64,000 bases of DNA from Planctomycetota bacterium. Its GTDB lineage: Bacteria > Planctomycetota > UBA8742 > UBA2392. The notes beneath the pieces are model-generated. The model did not search any database. It was not told the DNA's origin and saw only the letters and a program-made list of their open reading frames with translations. A program made the translations under genes and the position numbers. Shown here one piece after another: positions 42,659 through 51,780 of the stretch. The stretch spans positions 41,213 to 105,212 of the forward strand of contig JAGQRE010000001.1 in assembly GCA_020425695.1 (NCBI GenBank), given 5' to 3'. The stretch's first letter is position 1. Every line of letters starts with the position of its first letter.

Positions 42659-42686
42659 TAGTATAGCCTATCTCATGACCCTGTCA
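42659..42686 (-). promoter_or_regulatory. Near-consensus sigma70 promoter (TTGACA-16-TATACT) driving the candidate RNA toward bshA
   Basis: Minus-strand TTGACA at 42681..42686 and TATACT at 42659..42664 with a 16-nt spacer. Confidence 0.5.
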
Positions 42687-43006
42687 ACGACTGAAACTGC
42701 CTTTGTAGGGGGCGATTCAGAGCATCGCACGATAGCGCTAACCACTTCCGTGTTCTGGAACGACTGAACATAGCGGGTGAGTCCAGAAAACACCGAATTT
42801 CTTCCTGTTGACCTGTTCAAGGTCGAACGGGACGTCCGATGCGCTTAGAAATGCTTATTTGTAGGGCTTTGCGTATATCGGTTCGCAAGCTGCCGACAAG
42901 ACGGTACGCAGCACGACCCCGTGCAGTCACGAGTATGTCACCCAGGACTGTCAGTAACCTGGACCGAGGTGATCCAGTATATCGAATTATATTAGCTTAC
43001 GCTAAC

Positions 43007-44383
43007 TTATGCCGTCGGTTCGCAAAGTAGGTCGTACCCGAGCGAACGTACGACCCTCGCGTTGATCAAACTTCCCGGCTCATGGTGGCCTTTGAGAAGT
43101 GCGCTGCAGTCGATTTCGGGCGCGTCGGCGCGGCTGCGCGCCATGGTGGGGTACTTAGGGTCCTGGCTGGGCCCCTCAACGAGCAATTGGATGGTCTGGC
43201 CTACCAGTTTGTCATTCGCAGCGAACAGCACGTCGCGGTTGAGTTCCATGAATCGGCGATGCCGGTCCTCAATGACGTCCGGCGCGAGTTTGCCGTCCAG
43301 CTCATACGAGGTGGCCTGGTCTTCATCGGAGTAGGGGAATGCACCGGCCCTGTCCACGTGACCTTCGCGAATGAACTCCAGCAACTCGTTGAACTGTTCT
43401 TCGGTTTCGCCGGGGAACCCCACGATGAAGGTGCTGCGCAACGTCAGATTGGGAATGCGCGCGCGCATCTTCTCAAGCAAGCGGCGGGTTGTGTCCCCGG
43501 TGCTGCCGCGGCGCATGCGTTGCAGCACTTCGGTGCTGATATGCTGTAGAGGCATGTCGATGTATGCGAGCAATTTGGGCTCAGTGGCCAGCAGGTCGAT
43601 CAACTCATCGGTGACCTGCGTGGGGTACGCGTACATCAGGCGGATCCATTCAATCCCGTCCACCTTCGCAAGATCGCCCAATACTTCGTGAACCGACTTG
43701 CGCCCCTCGGAATCCAACCCGTAGTAGGTGCTGTCCTGCGCGACGATAATCAGCTCTTTCGCGCCATCACCCGCCAATTCCCGTGCTTCTTCCAGTATCT
43801 GCTCGCGCGGTTTACTGCGGAAGCGCCCGCGGATACTTGGGATCGTGCAGAAGCTGCATTTGTGGTCGCAGCCTTCGGAAATGCGCAGGTATGCATAGTG
43901 GCGCGGAGTAATGCGCAGGCGCGCGCGATCGTCGTAGACCGTTCCGCGCTCGTCGGGGTCACTGATTGCTATAGAACGTGCGAGTTCACCGCTGTCATTC
44001 AACTCGCGTAAAACATCGCTGAGCCGTGTTCGGTCATTCACGCTAAGTAGCGCATCTACGCCCGGGGCCTCGGCGTCCAGCATGCCGCGGTAGTTGCCCA
44101 CCATGCAACCGGCCACGACCACGCGCTTGATGTCGCCCTTGGCCTTCAGTTTCAGCAAAGCGTTAATGTGATCCAGTGATTCCTGGCGCGACGCTGAAAG
44201 AAAACCACAGGTGTTAACGACCACAACGTCAGCGCTCTGGTATTCCGGTGTGACCACGAAACCCTCAGCCGCAATGTTGCCGAGCATTGTTTCGGAATCG
44301 ATGAGATTTTTGGGACAGCCGAGCGATATAAACGCGACGCTGCCAAGCGCGGTCTTCATGGGCAGGATGGTAGGTGACATTGC
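43007..44383 (-). CDS. rimO: Ribosomal protein S12 methylthiotransferase RimO (radical SAM MTTase)
   Basis: VAFISLGCPKNLIDSE N-terminus, radical SAM CxxxCxxC (EGCDHKCSFCTIP), C-terminal TRAM. Start uncertain: 44383 MSPTIL, 44359 MKTALG, or the track start 44428. Confidence 0.85.
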   Translation of the reverse strand, partial: AMSPTILPMKTALGSVAFISLGCPKNLIDSETMLGNIAAEGFVVTPEYQSADVVVVNTCGFLSASRQESLDHINALLKLKAKGDIKRVVVAGCMVGNYRGMLDAEAPGVDALLSVNDRTRLSDVLRELNDSGELARSIAISDPDERGTVYDDRARLRITPRHYAYLRISEGCDHKCSFCTIPSIRGRFRSKPREQILEEARELAGDGAKELIIVAQDSTYYGLDSEGRKSVHEVLGDLAKVDGIEWIRLMYAYPTQVTDELIDLLATEPKLLAYIDMPLQHISTEVLQRMRRGSTGDTTRRLLEKMRARIPNLTLRSTFIVGFPGETEEQFNELLEFIREGHVDRAGAFPYSDEDQATSYELDGKLAPDVIEDRHRRFMELNRDVLFAANDKLVGQTIQLLVEGPSQDPKYPTMARSRADAPEIDCSALLKGHHEPGSLINARVVRSLGYDLLCEPTA

Positions 44384-44462
44384 CTTGCCTGCAAAGCCCG
44401 GGGATTGTGTTCTTGTACTGGCGGGCATTCCCGACCTTTGCAGGCCAGGCTATGATGCCGCC

Positions 44463-45065
44463 ATGAGTACTTGGGTCGGAATCGAAGTCACCCGCCAGAT
44501 GCGTCTGGAGGACGGCGCGCTGGCCTCAGCTGGCAAGCTTGAGGTGGGTGGCGTGAATCTACTCGCCCATCAGATCGACATCGCCAAACAGATCACCGTT
44601 CCTGAGCAGATCTGCGTCCTGACACCGCAGGGCGACGAGGCCGTGCTGGAAATGATCGCCGAGCACGGACTCAGGGAGCTCGCACCTTTCGATTTCATCG
44701 CCATGCTGTCTGATCGCGCGAAACACGGCGAAGAGGGCTCGGTCGTGCTGTTGCGGCAGATTGTGCCACTGCGCGACGCGAAGCCCGTCAATCAGGCGCT
44801 TGAGTTGCTGACAAAGCACAAGGTCGTAATCAGCGCAAGTAAGCCTCCTGAAGGACACCGCCGCCATGAACCGCTGCCCGACCAGACCGAGCCGGATTAT
44901 CGTTGCTTAGCCTTTGAGGTACGCCGGATCAGCGAGTTCAGCATGCAGTCGATGGGCGGGGTAGGCGCCGAAGAGTTGCTCTATATCGGCTGGGAAGAGT
45001 TCGCCGAATACACACGCCAGCAGGATGAGCCTGAAGTAGCCGCAACTCTGGAGCGATGGAGATAA
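44463..45065 (+). CDS. Hypothetical protein, possibly MobA-like nucleotidyltransferase fold
   Basis: Track ORF 44211.. overlaps rimO antisense. The internal Met (MSTWVGIEVT...) gives a 200-aa product. ALASAGKLEVGGVNLLAHQIDIA loosely resembles a GxxLxxHxID NTP-transferase motif. Weak. Confidence 0.35.
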   Translation: MSTWVGIEVTRQMRLEDGALASAGKLEVGGVNLLAHQIDIAKQITVPEQICVLTPQGDEAVLEMIAEHGLRELAPFDFIAMLSDRAKHGEEGSVVLLRQIVPLRDAKPVNQALELLTKHKVVISASKPPEGHRRHEPLPDQTEPDYRCLAFEVRRISEFSMQSMGGVGAEELLYIGWEEFAEYTRQQDEPEVAATLERWR

Positions 45066-45068
45066 TCG

Positions 45069-46706
45069 CTACCCGAACTTCGGCTGCAACTTCTCGTTGA
45101 TGAATTGGGCAAGCATCTGCGACAGGTTGTCGTCGCGGATTTCATACCAGTCAAAGGTTGCCACTTCAGCACGTTGCTCACCGCTGACGCTTTCGCGAAT
45201 GGTTTCAGACAGCTTGCCATAAGACGCCCATCCGCACTTCAGTACCTCATGTTGTGCGTTGCGAAGCAGATAGACGCCGCCGACCGCTGGAACCCGATCA
45301 AACATGTCCTCCGCGAACTCCCAGTCCCAGCTTCGACCAGTGGCTGCGTTCGGGTCCGGGTCAACGTAATTGTCCTGCACGGCTTGCGCGAGGTTCTCAA
45401 TCTTCACCTGCATCTGCTCGCCGTTGCTCATGAGACGCAGGCTGCAACTGCCGTCTTTCTCTTCTTCCGGGCCGGCGATGACAACCAGCGGAATACCCTT
45501 CCGTGACGCGTACTTAAGCTGCTTCGCCAGCTTTGCTTTCGGGTCCAGATACAACTCAGCATTGATACCCGCACGCCTGAGATCGCCGGCGATCTTGAGC
45601 GAATAGTCCACGGTCTCCGTGCCGAAAACCGAAACAAGCACGGCCGCCGAAGCACGTGCATCGGGCAGGAGTTTCAGTTCCTCCAACGCGGCGATCAGTC
45701 GGTCGATGCCGACGCTGATACCCACCGCAGGCACTTCTTCGCTGCTGAAGATACCGATAAGTCCGTCGTATCGACCGCCGCTCATGACACTGCCAAACTG
45801 CGGGGCGTCTTTCAGGAAAGTTTCGAATACAGTTCCGGTGTAATAGTCCAGCCCGCGCACGATGGTCGGGTCGATTTGCAGCACATCGTCAGGCACCCCC
45901 AGCGCTTGTGCTGAACCCAGCACTTCACGCAGCTCCGCACAGCCTCGCTGGCCCATTTCTGTCCCGCTCAGGAACTGCTCGAGGGCGTCAATGCATGCTG
46001 AGTTGTCGGACGTTCCTTCAGCGAGTTTCAGGAACTCAAGGATCGTCTCGAGTCCTTTCTCGCCAAAGCCACCGTTGCCAATGATCGCCTCAAGCTCTTT
46101 TCGTACCCCGTTTTCACCGACTTTGTCGAACTTGTCGACGCTGCGCATGATGGAGTTCATGGTTTCGCTGTCGCTGATTCCGATGCGCGCCTGAAGCCCG
46201 CGGAAAACCTTGCGATTGTTGAAACGAATCAGGTAGTTGGGCACGTTCAACGCACGCATGACGGCGTGGTCGATAGCAATGCACTCGGCATCCGCGAGCA
46301 GACTGTCCGTGCCGACGATGTCTACGTCGCATTGCCAGAACTCACGGAAGCGCCCTTTGGCCGGGCTTTCGGCCCGCCAGACCGGGCCCATCTGGTAGCG
46401 TTTGAACGGTTTGACGAGATCGGTTTTGTACTGGCCAATGACGCGCGCCAAAGAAACCGTCAGCTCGTAACGCAGAGCGACGTCGCGCCCCCCCTGGTCG
46501 TTGAAGCGATAGAACAGCTTCTCGGCCTCGGGGCCTGCCTTTCCGAGCAGGATTTCGGCGTATTCAACGCTTGGTGTATCCAGCGGCTCAAAACCAAATC
46601 GCTCAAACACTTCGGCGATACGCCGCAGCAGGCGCGTGCGCGGTACCATTACCTCAGGCAGGTAGTCGCGGAAACCCTTCAGAATTTTCGGCTGAATGCG
46701 CGCCAT
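45069..46706 (-). CDS. hisS: Histidyl-tRNA synthetase-like class II aaRS with a ~120-aa C-terminal extension
   Basis: KGFRDYLPE, LRYELTVSLAR, GGRYDGL (motif 3) and an anticodon-binding domain (IPLVVIAGPEEEKDG). Extra C-terminal region with GVYLL...LKCGWA...FINEKLQPKF. Confidence 0.75.
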   Translation of the reverse strand: MARIQPKILKGFRDYLPEVMVPRTRLLRRIAEVFERFGFEPLDTPSVEYAEILLGKAGPEAEKLFYRFNDQGGRDVALRYELTVSLARVIGQYKTDLVKPFKRYQMGPVWRAESPAKGRFREFWQCDVDIVGTDSLLADAECIAIDHAVMRALNVPNYLIRFNNRKVFRGLQARIGISDSETMNSIMRSVDKFDKVGENGVRKELEAIIGNGGFGEKGLETILEFLKLAEGTSDNSACIDALEQFLSGTEMGQRGCAELREVLGSAQALGVPDDVLQIDPTIVRGLDYYTGTVFETFLKDAPQFGSVMSGGRYDGLIGIFSSEEVPAVGISVGIDRLIAALEELKLLPDARASAAVLVSVFGTETVDYSLKIAGDLRRAGINAELYLDPKAKLAKQLKYASRKGIPLVVIAGPEEEKDGSCSLRLMSNGEQMQVKIENLAQAVQDNYVDPDPNAATGRSWDWEFAEDMFDRVPAVGGVYLLRNAQHEVLKCGWASYGKLSETIRESVSGEQRAEVATFDWYEIRDDNLSQMLAQFINEKLQPKFG

Positions 46707-46809
46707 TTTCGTCCCAATGTTGCTACGTGTCTTTGTATCTCTCAATGCAACCGCCGACGTTCAACGTCGGCGGGTTTCTAACCTAAGCGATTCGACGCCA
46801 CAAGCCAGC

Positions 46810-47163
46810 CTACTTGGCTGCGAGCAGTTTCAACGCTTCCTGTGACGAGCTTGCAAACTTGAACACTTGGCTCAGTCCCAGCATGTCGAACACTTCCTGC
46901 ACCGGCTCAGTCGGATTCATCAGGACAATGTCGCCACCACGCTCGTGCGACGCCGACAGCGTGCCGATAAACACGCCTGCACCTGCACTTGAAATGTACT
47001 CAACGTCTGACAACTCAACCGCGAGACGCACTTTGCCTTCGTCGAACAGGTTATTGATCGTCTGTTCCATGTACTCGAAAGTATGCGCGTCGAGCCACCC
47101 TGCAATGTGAATGAGCGTCACATTGGGCGAGAGCTGCTCAAGGTTGATTTCGAACTCCTTCAT
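46810..47163 (-). CDS. STAS-domain anti-sigma-factor antagonist (SpoIIAA/RsbV-like)
   Basis: 117 aa. ...LAVELSDVEYISSAGAGVFIG... with a conserved phosphorylatable Ser region. Confidence 0.8.
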   Translation of the reverse strand: MKEFEINLEQLSPNVTLIHIAGWLDAHTFEYMEQTINNLFDEGKVRLAVELSDVEYISSAGAGVFIGTLSASHERGGDIVLMNPTEPVQEVFDMLGLSQVFKFASSSQEALKLLAAK

Positions 47164-47226
47164 GTGGCCTGCCTTTAACGCACTGTGTCGACTGAATCAA
47201 TAAGCGCTGAAGTCTGCTATCCGGGT

Positions 47227-47676
47227 CTAGCCGGAAACCTTAAAATACTTCACCAGAGTCAATTCGTTTACTTCGCCTTCGCGCGACGTGTAGTGAACTT
47301 CGTCCATCACCTTCCGCATGATGAACAAACCAAGCCCGCGCTTGTTGCCGCTTGCGATGTGGGCTTGAAGGTCGATTTCCGCCTTTTCGCTTGAGCCGCT
47401 CGCGCTGTCGTAGCTGACGCCGTTGTCACGAATGCGCACGCGGAAACTCTTGTCATCGGCGTCGATCAGGACCTCGACACTGCCGGGGTCCATGCCTTCG
47501 TAGCCGTGCTGGATGGTGTTTGCGACAGCCTCGTCGACCGCCAGTACTACTTTGTTCGAGTCTGCGGTCGGCAGTAGAGAGCGTTTGATGGTCGCGTGCA
47601 GAAACTCACGCACGACCGCAAGATTGCGTGTCAGCGCTTCCACTTTGAGCCTGTCCGTTACGTGCGAGTCGGACAA
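47227..47676 (-). CDS. Anti-sigma regulatory factor, Ser-protein kinase (RsbW/SpoIIAB-like, HATPase_c)
   Basis: 149 aa. LAVDEAVANTIQHGY (N-box), GLGLFIMRKVMDEV (G-box). Confidence 0.8.
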   Translation of the reverse strand: MSDSHVTDRLKVEALTRNLAVVREFLHATIKRSLLPTADSNKVVLAVDEAVANTIQHGYEGMDPGSVEVLIDADDKSFRVRIRDNGVSYDSASGSSEKAEIDLQAHIASGNKRGLGLFIMRKVMDEVHYTSREGEVNELTLVKYFKVSG

Positions 47677-47696
47677 CTGCGTTCCCCGTTGTTTTC

Positions 47697-49952
47697 CTAG
47701 CCTACCTTCAAGGTGACAATCGTGATGTCGTCGTGCTGGTCGTCTGTCTGCGCGTGGCCCTGAATCGCATTCACGAGCGTCGTCAGATACTCGGCTGACG
47801 AACGCGTCGCGGCCTGAATCGTGATCGCCTGCAAGCGTTCTTCGCCGAACTCTTCACCCGTCGGGCTCATGGCTTCGGTAACGCCGTCTGTGTAGATCAC
47901 CGCTCGGTCGCCGCGCTGAAGCTGGATGACTTCTTCTTTCATGTTGCGCTCAAACAAGCGCCCGTCCTTGTCGAAGCCGAGCGCGATGCCGCCCGGGTTC
48001 ACTTCGACGCACTGCTTGGTTGCCGCACGATAAAGTAGCAGCGGGTTGTGCCCCGCCGATGCCAGCGTCAGACGCGCTGTAGGAATATCCAGCACCATAT
48101 AGAAGGCGGTGACAAACATGCCGCGCTTGATGTCCTTGGCCAGCGTGCGGTTCACCTTGCAGAAGATGTCCCGTGGCGACAGGTTGTCCTGTGCTTCGTA
48201 GCTGACCAACGCCTTGGCCATCATCATGACCATGCTGCCCGGGATGCCCTTGCCCGAAACGTCGGCGCAGATCATCCCAAGGTGCGTTTTGTCCACCAGG
48301 AAGAAGTCGTAGTAGTCGCCACCGACTTCCTTCGACGGTGAGTAATAAGCGCTGACGTCGTAACCGGCGATCCGGGGCACATGCTTCGGCAGCAGGTTTT
48401 CTTGAATCTCTTTGGCGATGTCGAGGTCGTGCTTGCGTCCCTGATTCTCCAGCCACACGTCTTGAGCGCTCTTGAGACCTGTCGCCATGTCACCCAGAAG
48501 GCGTGCTACAATGCCAAGTTCGTCTCGGCTGCGTGCGGCCGGTCGATGGTCAAAGTTGCCGCCACTGATGACCTGAATGTCGTTCATCAGGACCTGAAGC
48601 GGCTTTGTAATGCTTCCGCCGATCAGGAAAGCCATGAGAATGGCGAGCCCGATACCTACGACCGAAATGCCGAGGATCGACCACAACAGACTGCTCTTGC
48701 GGCTCTGAATCTCTGCGCGATCGAGATAAATCGAAATGCTTTCGTTTGCACCAAGACTCTCGCTGAAGCCGTAGGCGGGAATCCCCTTCACCGATGCGCC
48801 GCTGTCAACCTCGATGCCTTCACCGACGGTTTTTGTGTTAGGCGGCGAATTCTCCACTTCCAGTTTGGTGCCGGTCGGTGTCGGGCTAATCACCTGTAGC
48901 GTTACAGCGTCAAAACCGGGCAACTCGTTCGCGGGAATCTTGAATATGACGTAACGGATCTGGCTTGATTCGTCCGTCGTCATCTTGTCCAGGTCCGCGA
49001 CGAACTCTTTTTGGAACTCGCTGAAGATCTTTTTACGCAAGCCGGCCTGATGGTGGATCAGGCTCTGATCTGTCTCTTCATTGATCTTCGCCTTCAGGCG
49101 GGCAAAGCTGTCACGACTGGCGTCCAGCTTGTAGCGCTGGAACAGATTCGGGAAGAGGTGCTTCACGCGCTCCATGGCGCTTTCGTTGATGCGACGAGGA
49201 CTCTGCGGTTCAATCAGTTTGCCACCTGGGCCCAGGTCTCGAAGGTCCTTCCAGGACTCGCCGAAAATCTCGTAGCCCTGAGCGTCGTTCAGGCCCGACG
49301 CGCCTTCTTTGGATTGAACTTCCGCCGCGCATTTGACCCAGACACGATCGTCCTTGAATTGCTCCCAGTTGGCGAACTCGCGGCAGCCGGGGATGGTCTT
49401 GCTGAACCACTGGTCCTGGATCTTTTGCCAGTAATCGCCGAACTTTTTGTCGCGGTTGCTCGGCTGGCTGAAATAGGCAATCAGCCCCTTCTCATTCAAG
49501 CCGGCCTTGTACGGGCGATGGATCGCCTCAGCTTGCTGAAGCATGCCAACGCCAGCCTGCTCAATTGTCGATTCCAGACTTGAGGTCGCGATGATCATGA
49601 CGATCGCGAAAATCAGCAGTGAAACACCGACCGACAGCCCGCACATGGCAAGTACGATCTTAGTCTTGATCGGCATGCCTTGAGTCTTGAGCCGTGCTAC
49701 CGGTCGCGGGGCATTCGCGCCGCCTTGGGCACCTTTTGCACCCGCAGCGTTGCCTCCACCTCCGCCTGATGCAGGCGGTGGCGGCGTTGTACCCGCCGTT
49801 GGAATCGCGCCTGAAGACTTGCGCCCACCCGCCGCCGGCATTGAGCCGGTTGACTTCCGCGCTGAGGCCGGAGGTGGCGTCATCATGCGGCGGTTCGTCC
49901 CTGACCTTTGAGGGGGCTGGGTACCACCACTTGGATTCGGCCTGGTCGCCAT
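47697..49952 (-). CDS. Membrane sensor PP2C-type phosphatase (RsbU/SpoIIE family) with a large periplasmic domain and HAMP
   Basis: Pro/Gly-rich N-terminal tail, TM, ~330-aa extracytoplasmic region, TM, HAMP, then the PPM domain (GGDYYDFF...ADVSGKGIPGSMVM...YTDGVTEA). Confidence 0.85.
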   Translation of the reverse strand: MATRPNPSGGTQPPQRSGTNRRMMTPPPASARKSTGSMPAAGGRKSSGAIPTAGTTPPPPASGGGGGNAAGAKGAQGGANAPRPVARLKTQGMPIKTKIVLAMCGLSVGVSLLIFAIVMIIATSSLESTIEQAGVGMLQQAEAIHRPYKAGLNEKGLIAYFSQPSNRDKKFGDYWQKIQDQWFSKTIPGCREFANWEQFKDDRVWVKCAAEVQSKEGASGLNDAQGYEIFGESWKDLRDLGPGGKLIEPQSPRRINESAMERVKHLFPNLFQRYKLDASRDSFARLKAKINEETDQSLIHHQAGLRKKIFSEFQKEFVADLDKMTTDESSQIRYVIFKIPANELPGFDAVTLQVISPTPTGTKLEVENSPPNTKTVGEGIEVDSGASVKGIPAYGFSESLGANESISIYLDRAEIQSRKSSLLWSILGISVVGIGLAILMAFLIGGSITKPLQVLMNDIQVISGGNFDHRPAARSRDELGIVARLLGDMATGLKSAQDVWLENQGRKHDLDIAKEIQENLLPKHVPRIAGYDVSAYYSPSKEVGGDYYDFFLVDKTHLGMICADVSGKGIPGSMVMMMAKALVSYEAQDNLSPRDIFCKVNRTLAKDIKRGMFVTAFYMVLDIPTARLTLASAGHNPLLLYRAATKQCVEVNPGGIALGFDKDGRLFERNMKEEVIQLQRGDRAVIYTDGVTEAMSPTGEEFGEERLQAITIQAATRSSAEYLTTLVNAIQGHAQTDDQHDDITIVTLKVG

Positions 49953-49962
49953 TGTGGCTCCA

Positions 49963-50496
49963 CTACGTGAGTGCTGCGCTTACTGCGAAAACCGCGTAAC
50001 ATGTCCAAGCCGCCAAAATTCCTGCAACAAGATCATCAGCAAGGATGCCGACGCTGCCGGGAATCCGTTCGAAACTCCGAACTGGCCACGGTTTAGCAAT
50101 GTCGTAAAAACGAAATGTTAGAAACCCAGCAAGAATCGCCAAGAGCGAATCGGCCTTCATGAGCCCAAGTGTGAAAAAATAGCCGGCCGCCTCATCCATC
50201 ACGAACCAGCTCGGATCCTTCAAACCTTCCAGCTTGCGTAACACCAACTCGCCGGAAAGCCAGCTAAGTAGCGCGGCTGCACCCGCAAGAGGCAGCCAAA
50301 CTTCCGCATGGACGTCACCAAGGTAGAGGCCCAAGGCCATCAGAGCGCATAACAACGTACCGGCAGTGCCGCGGGCCTTCGGCGCAAAACCGACCAACCC
50401 CAGGCTGCCCACAAGTACAGGCGCCGAAAGAAGCTGGCGAGGAGTAGGGTCGGTAGCTCTAAGGAATGCCAACTGGGCTCCATACCGTGGAATCAA
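49963..50496 (-). CDS. pgpA: Phosphatidylglycerophosphatase A
   Basis: FRFYDIAKPWPV and ADDLVAG motifs. 177 aa. Confidence 0.8.
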   Translation of the reverse strand: MIPRYGAQLAFLRATDPTPRQLLSAPVLVGSLGLVGFAPKARGTAGTLLCALMALGLYLGDVHAEVWLPLAGAAALLSWLSGELVLRKLEGLKDPSWFVMDEAAGYFFTLGLMKADSLLAILAGFLTFRFYDIAKPWPVRSFERIPGSVGILADDLVAGILAAWTCYAVFAVSAALT

Positions 50497-50566
50497 CGGA
50501 AGCGTCTGCTATGGTATCTCGCTCATTCCGAAGTGTGTCCCGGAAAAGGCGTTGTGGTTACCCGCC

Positions 50567-50953
50567 ATGCGGAAATATGACCTTAAGACGCAGGTGATAC
50601 AAAAGTCCGTTTGCGCACGTCTCATGAGTGACGTGGATTCGGGGAATGCCCTGGCACTGAGAGAAGTTCTCAACGAAGTTGTGGCCGACGGCAAGCCGGT
50701 TCTGTTTCTGGACCTTCGAGAAGTCCGCAGTATGGACAGCGCAGGAATTGCCGTGCTGGTAGAAGTGCACGACCGAATGAAAAACGAGGGACGGCAGCTT
50801 GGCTTGGTGAACACGCCGCCTGCGGTACGAGGCATGCTGGAGTTGCTGGGAGTGTTTGAAATCTATCAGGATATTGAAGCCGGCCTGAAGGCCACAAAGA
50901 AGGTGATTGCGAAGTGGCAACGCCTGCACGACCCGACGAAGCCTATCGAATAG
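50567..50953 (+). CDS. STAS-domain protein, MlaB-like (first gene of the Mla cluster)
   Basis: Internal ATG of track ORF 50366... 128-aa STAS fold (LDLREVRSMDSAGIAVLVEV). Immediately upstream of mlaE. Confidence 0.6.
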   Translation: MRKYDLKTQVIQKSVCARLMSDVDSGNALALREVLNEVVADGKPVLFLDLREVRSMDSAGIAVLVEVHDRMKNEGRQLGLVNTPPAVRGMLELLGVFEIYQDIEAGLKATKKVIAKWQRLHDPTKPIE

Positions 50954-50958
50954 CGACT

Positions 50959-51780
50959 ATGCAGGCAGCGACAAACCTGATCTCAAACCTCGGTGCGTTC
51001 GTCAACCAATACGTTGCGTCGCTGGGTGCGGCCGTGCGTTTCGGTGCGGCCGCCGCAGGCTTTGGCGTTCGCGGACTCTTCAACAAACGAATCTATCCGC
51101 GCCATGACCTGATCGTCCAGATGGACTATACCGGCGCCCGCAGCACTCCGATCATGGTGCTTCTGGGGTTTCTGGTAGGCGCTTCTCTTGTGATTCAAAC
51201 GACGCCCTCACTCGCCAGGTACGGTCCTGCAGAGCTGGTCGCCGGCGTGGTTGGTGTATCGATTCTGCGCACGCTCGGGCCGTTGCTTGCTGCAATCATC
51301 TTTGCTGGGCGTGTCGGCGCCGGTTTCACGGCTGAACTCGGCACTATGGCTGTCAGCGAGGAAGTACTTGCGCTGGATACCATGGGGATTCACCCGGTTG
51401 GCTATCTGGTGGCGCCGCGATTTTCGGCGGCGATTCTGATGTTGCCCGCGTGCACCGTGTTATTCGACATGTCCGCGTTGCTCGGCGGCTATCTGGTAGG
51501 CGTGTACCAATTCAACATCCCGCATGAGTCCTACATGGACATCACGAAGCAGTTTGTCTCGTTGTCCAACTTCACGTTCGGGCTCGCGAAGAGCGTTGTC
51601 TTTGCCGTGATCATCACGCTTGTGTGCTGCTTCAAGGGCTTCAATGTGAAGGGCAGCGGGATGGAAGTCGGGCGCGCAACCATGCAGGCGATCGTCATTT
51701 CGCTGATCCTGATCATCTTCTCCGACTTCGTCATGTCGATGGTCTACAACTTCCTGTCCAAGGTGGGGGTTGTGGAATGA
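50959..51780 (+). CDS. mlaE: Mla ABC transporter permease
   Basis: MlaE/Ttg2B-type multi-TM permease. ATG 5 nt after the mlaB-like stop. Confidence 0.8.
   Translation: MQAATNLISNLGAFVNQYVASLGAAVRFGAAAAGFGVRGLFNKRIYPRHDLIVQMDYTGARSTPIMVLLGFLVGASLVIQTTPSLARYGPAELVAGVVGVSILRTLGPLLAAIIFAGRVGAGFTAELGTMAVSEEVLALDTMGIHPVGYLVAPRFSAAILMLPACTVLFDMSALLGGYLVGVYQFNIPHESYMDITKQFVSLSNFTFGLAKSVVFAVIITLVCCFKGFNVKGSGMEVGRATMQAIVISLILIIFSDFVMSMVYNFLSKVGVVE

Noticed and set aside
42700-42725. GGGGGCGATTCAGAGCATCGCACG resembles a tmRNA 5' end (GGGGCUGAUUCUGGAUUCGACGGG)
   Set aside because: No tRNA-like 3' end (T-loop or acceptor) within the ~350 nt expected, no recognisable tag reading frame, and the expected 3' end would fall inside rimO. 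Likely coincidental.
42339-42767. 142-aa basic ORF in the bshA-rimO intergenic region (plus strand)
   Set aside because: Lys/Arg-rich low-complexity translation. It is antisense to a promoter/terminator-bounded RNA. No RBS.
43030-43055. Perfect 8-bp hairpin GGTCGTAC...GTACGACC near the rimO stop
   Set aside because: Lies inside the rimO coding sequence (C-terminal codons), not downstream of it. Not a terminator.
44211-44462. N-terminal 84 codons of track ORF 44211..45065
   Set aside because: Overlaps the rimO N-terminus on the opposite strand. A downstream in-frame ATG at 44463 gives a non-overlapping gene.
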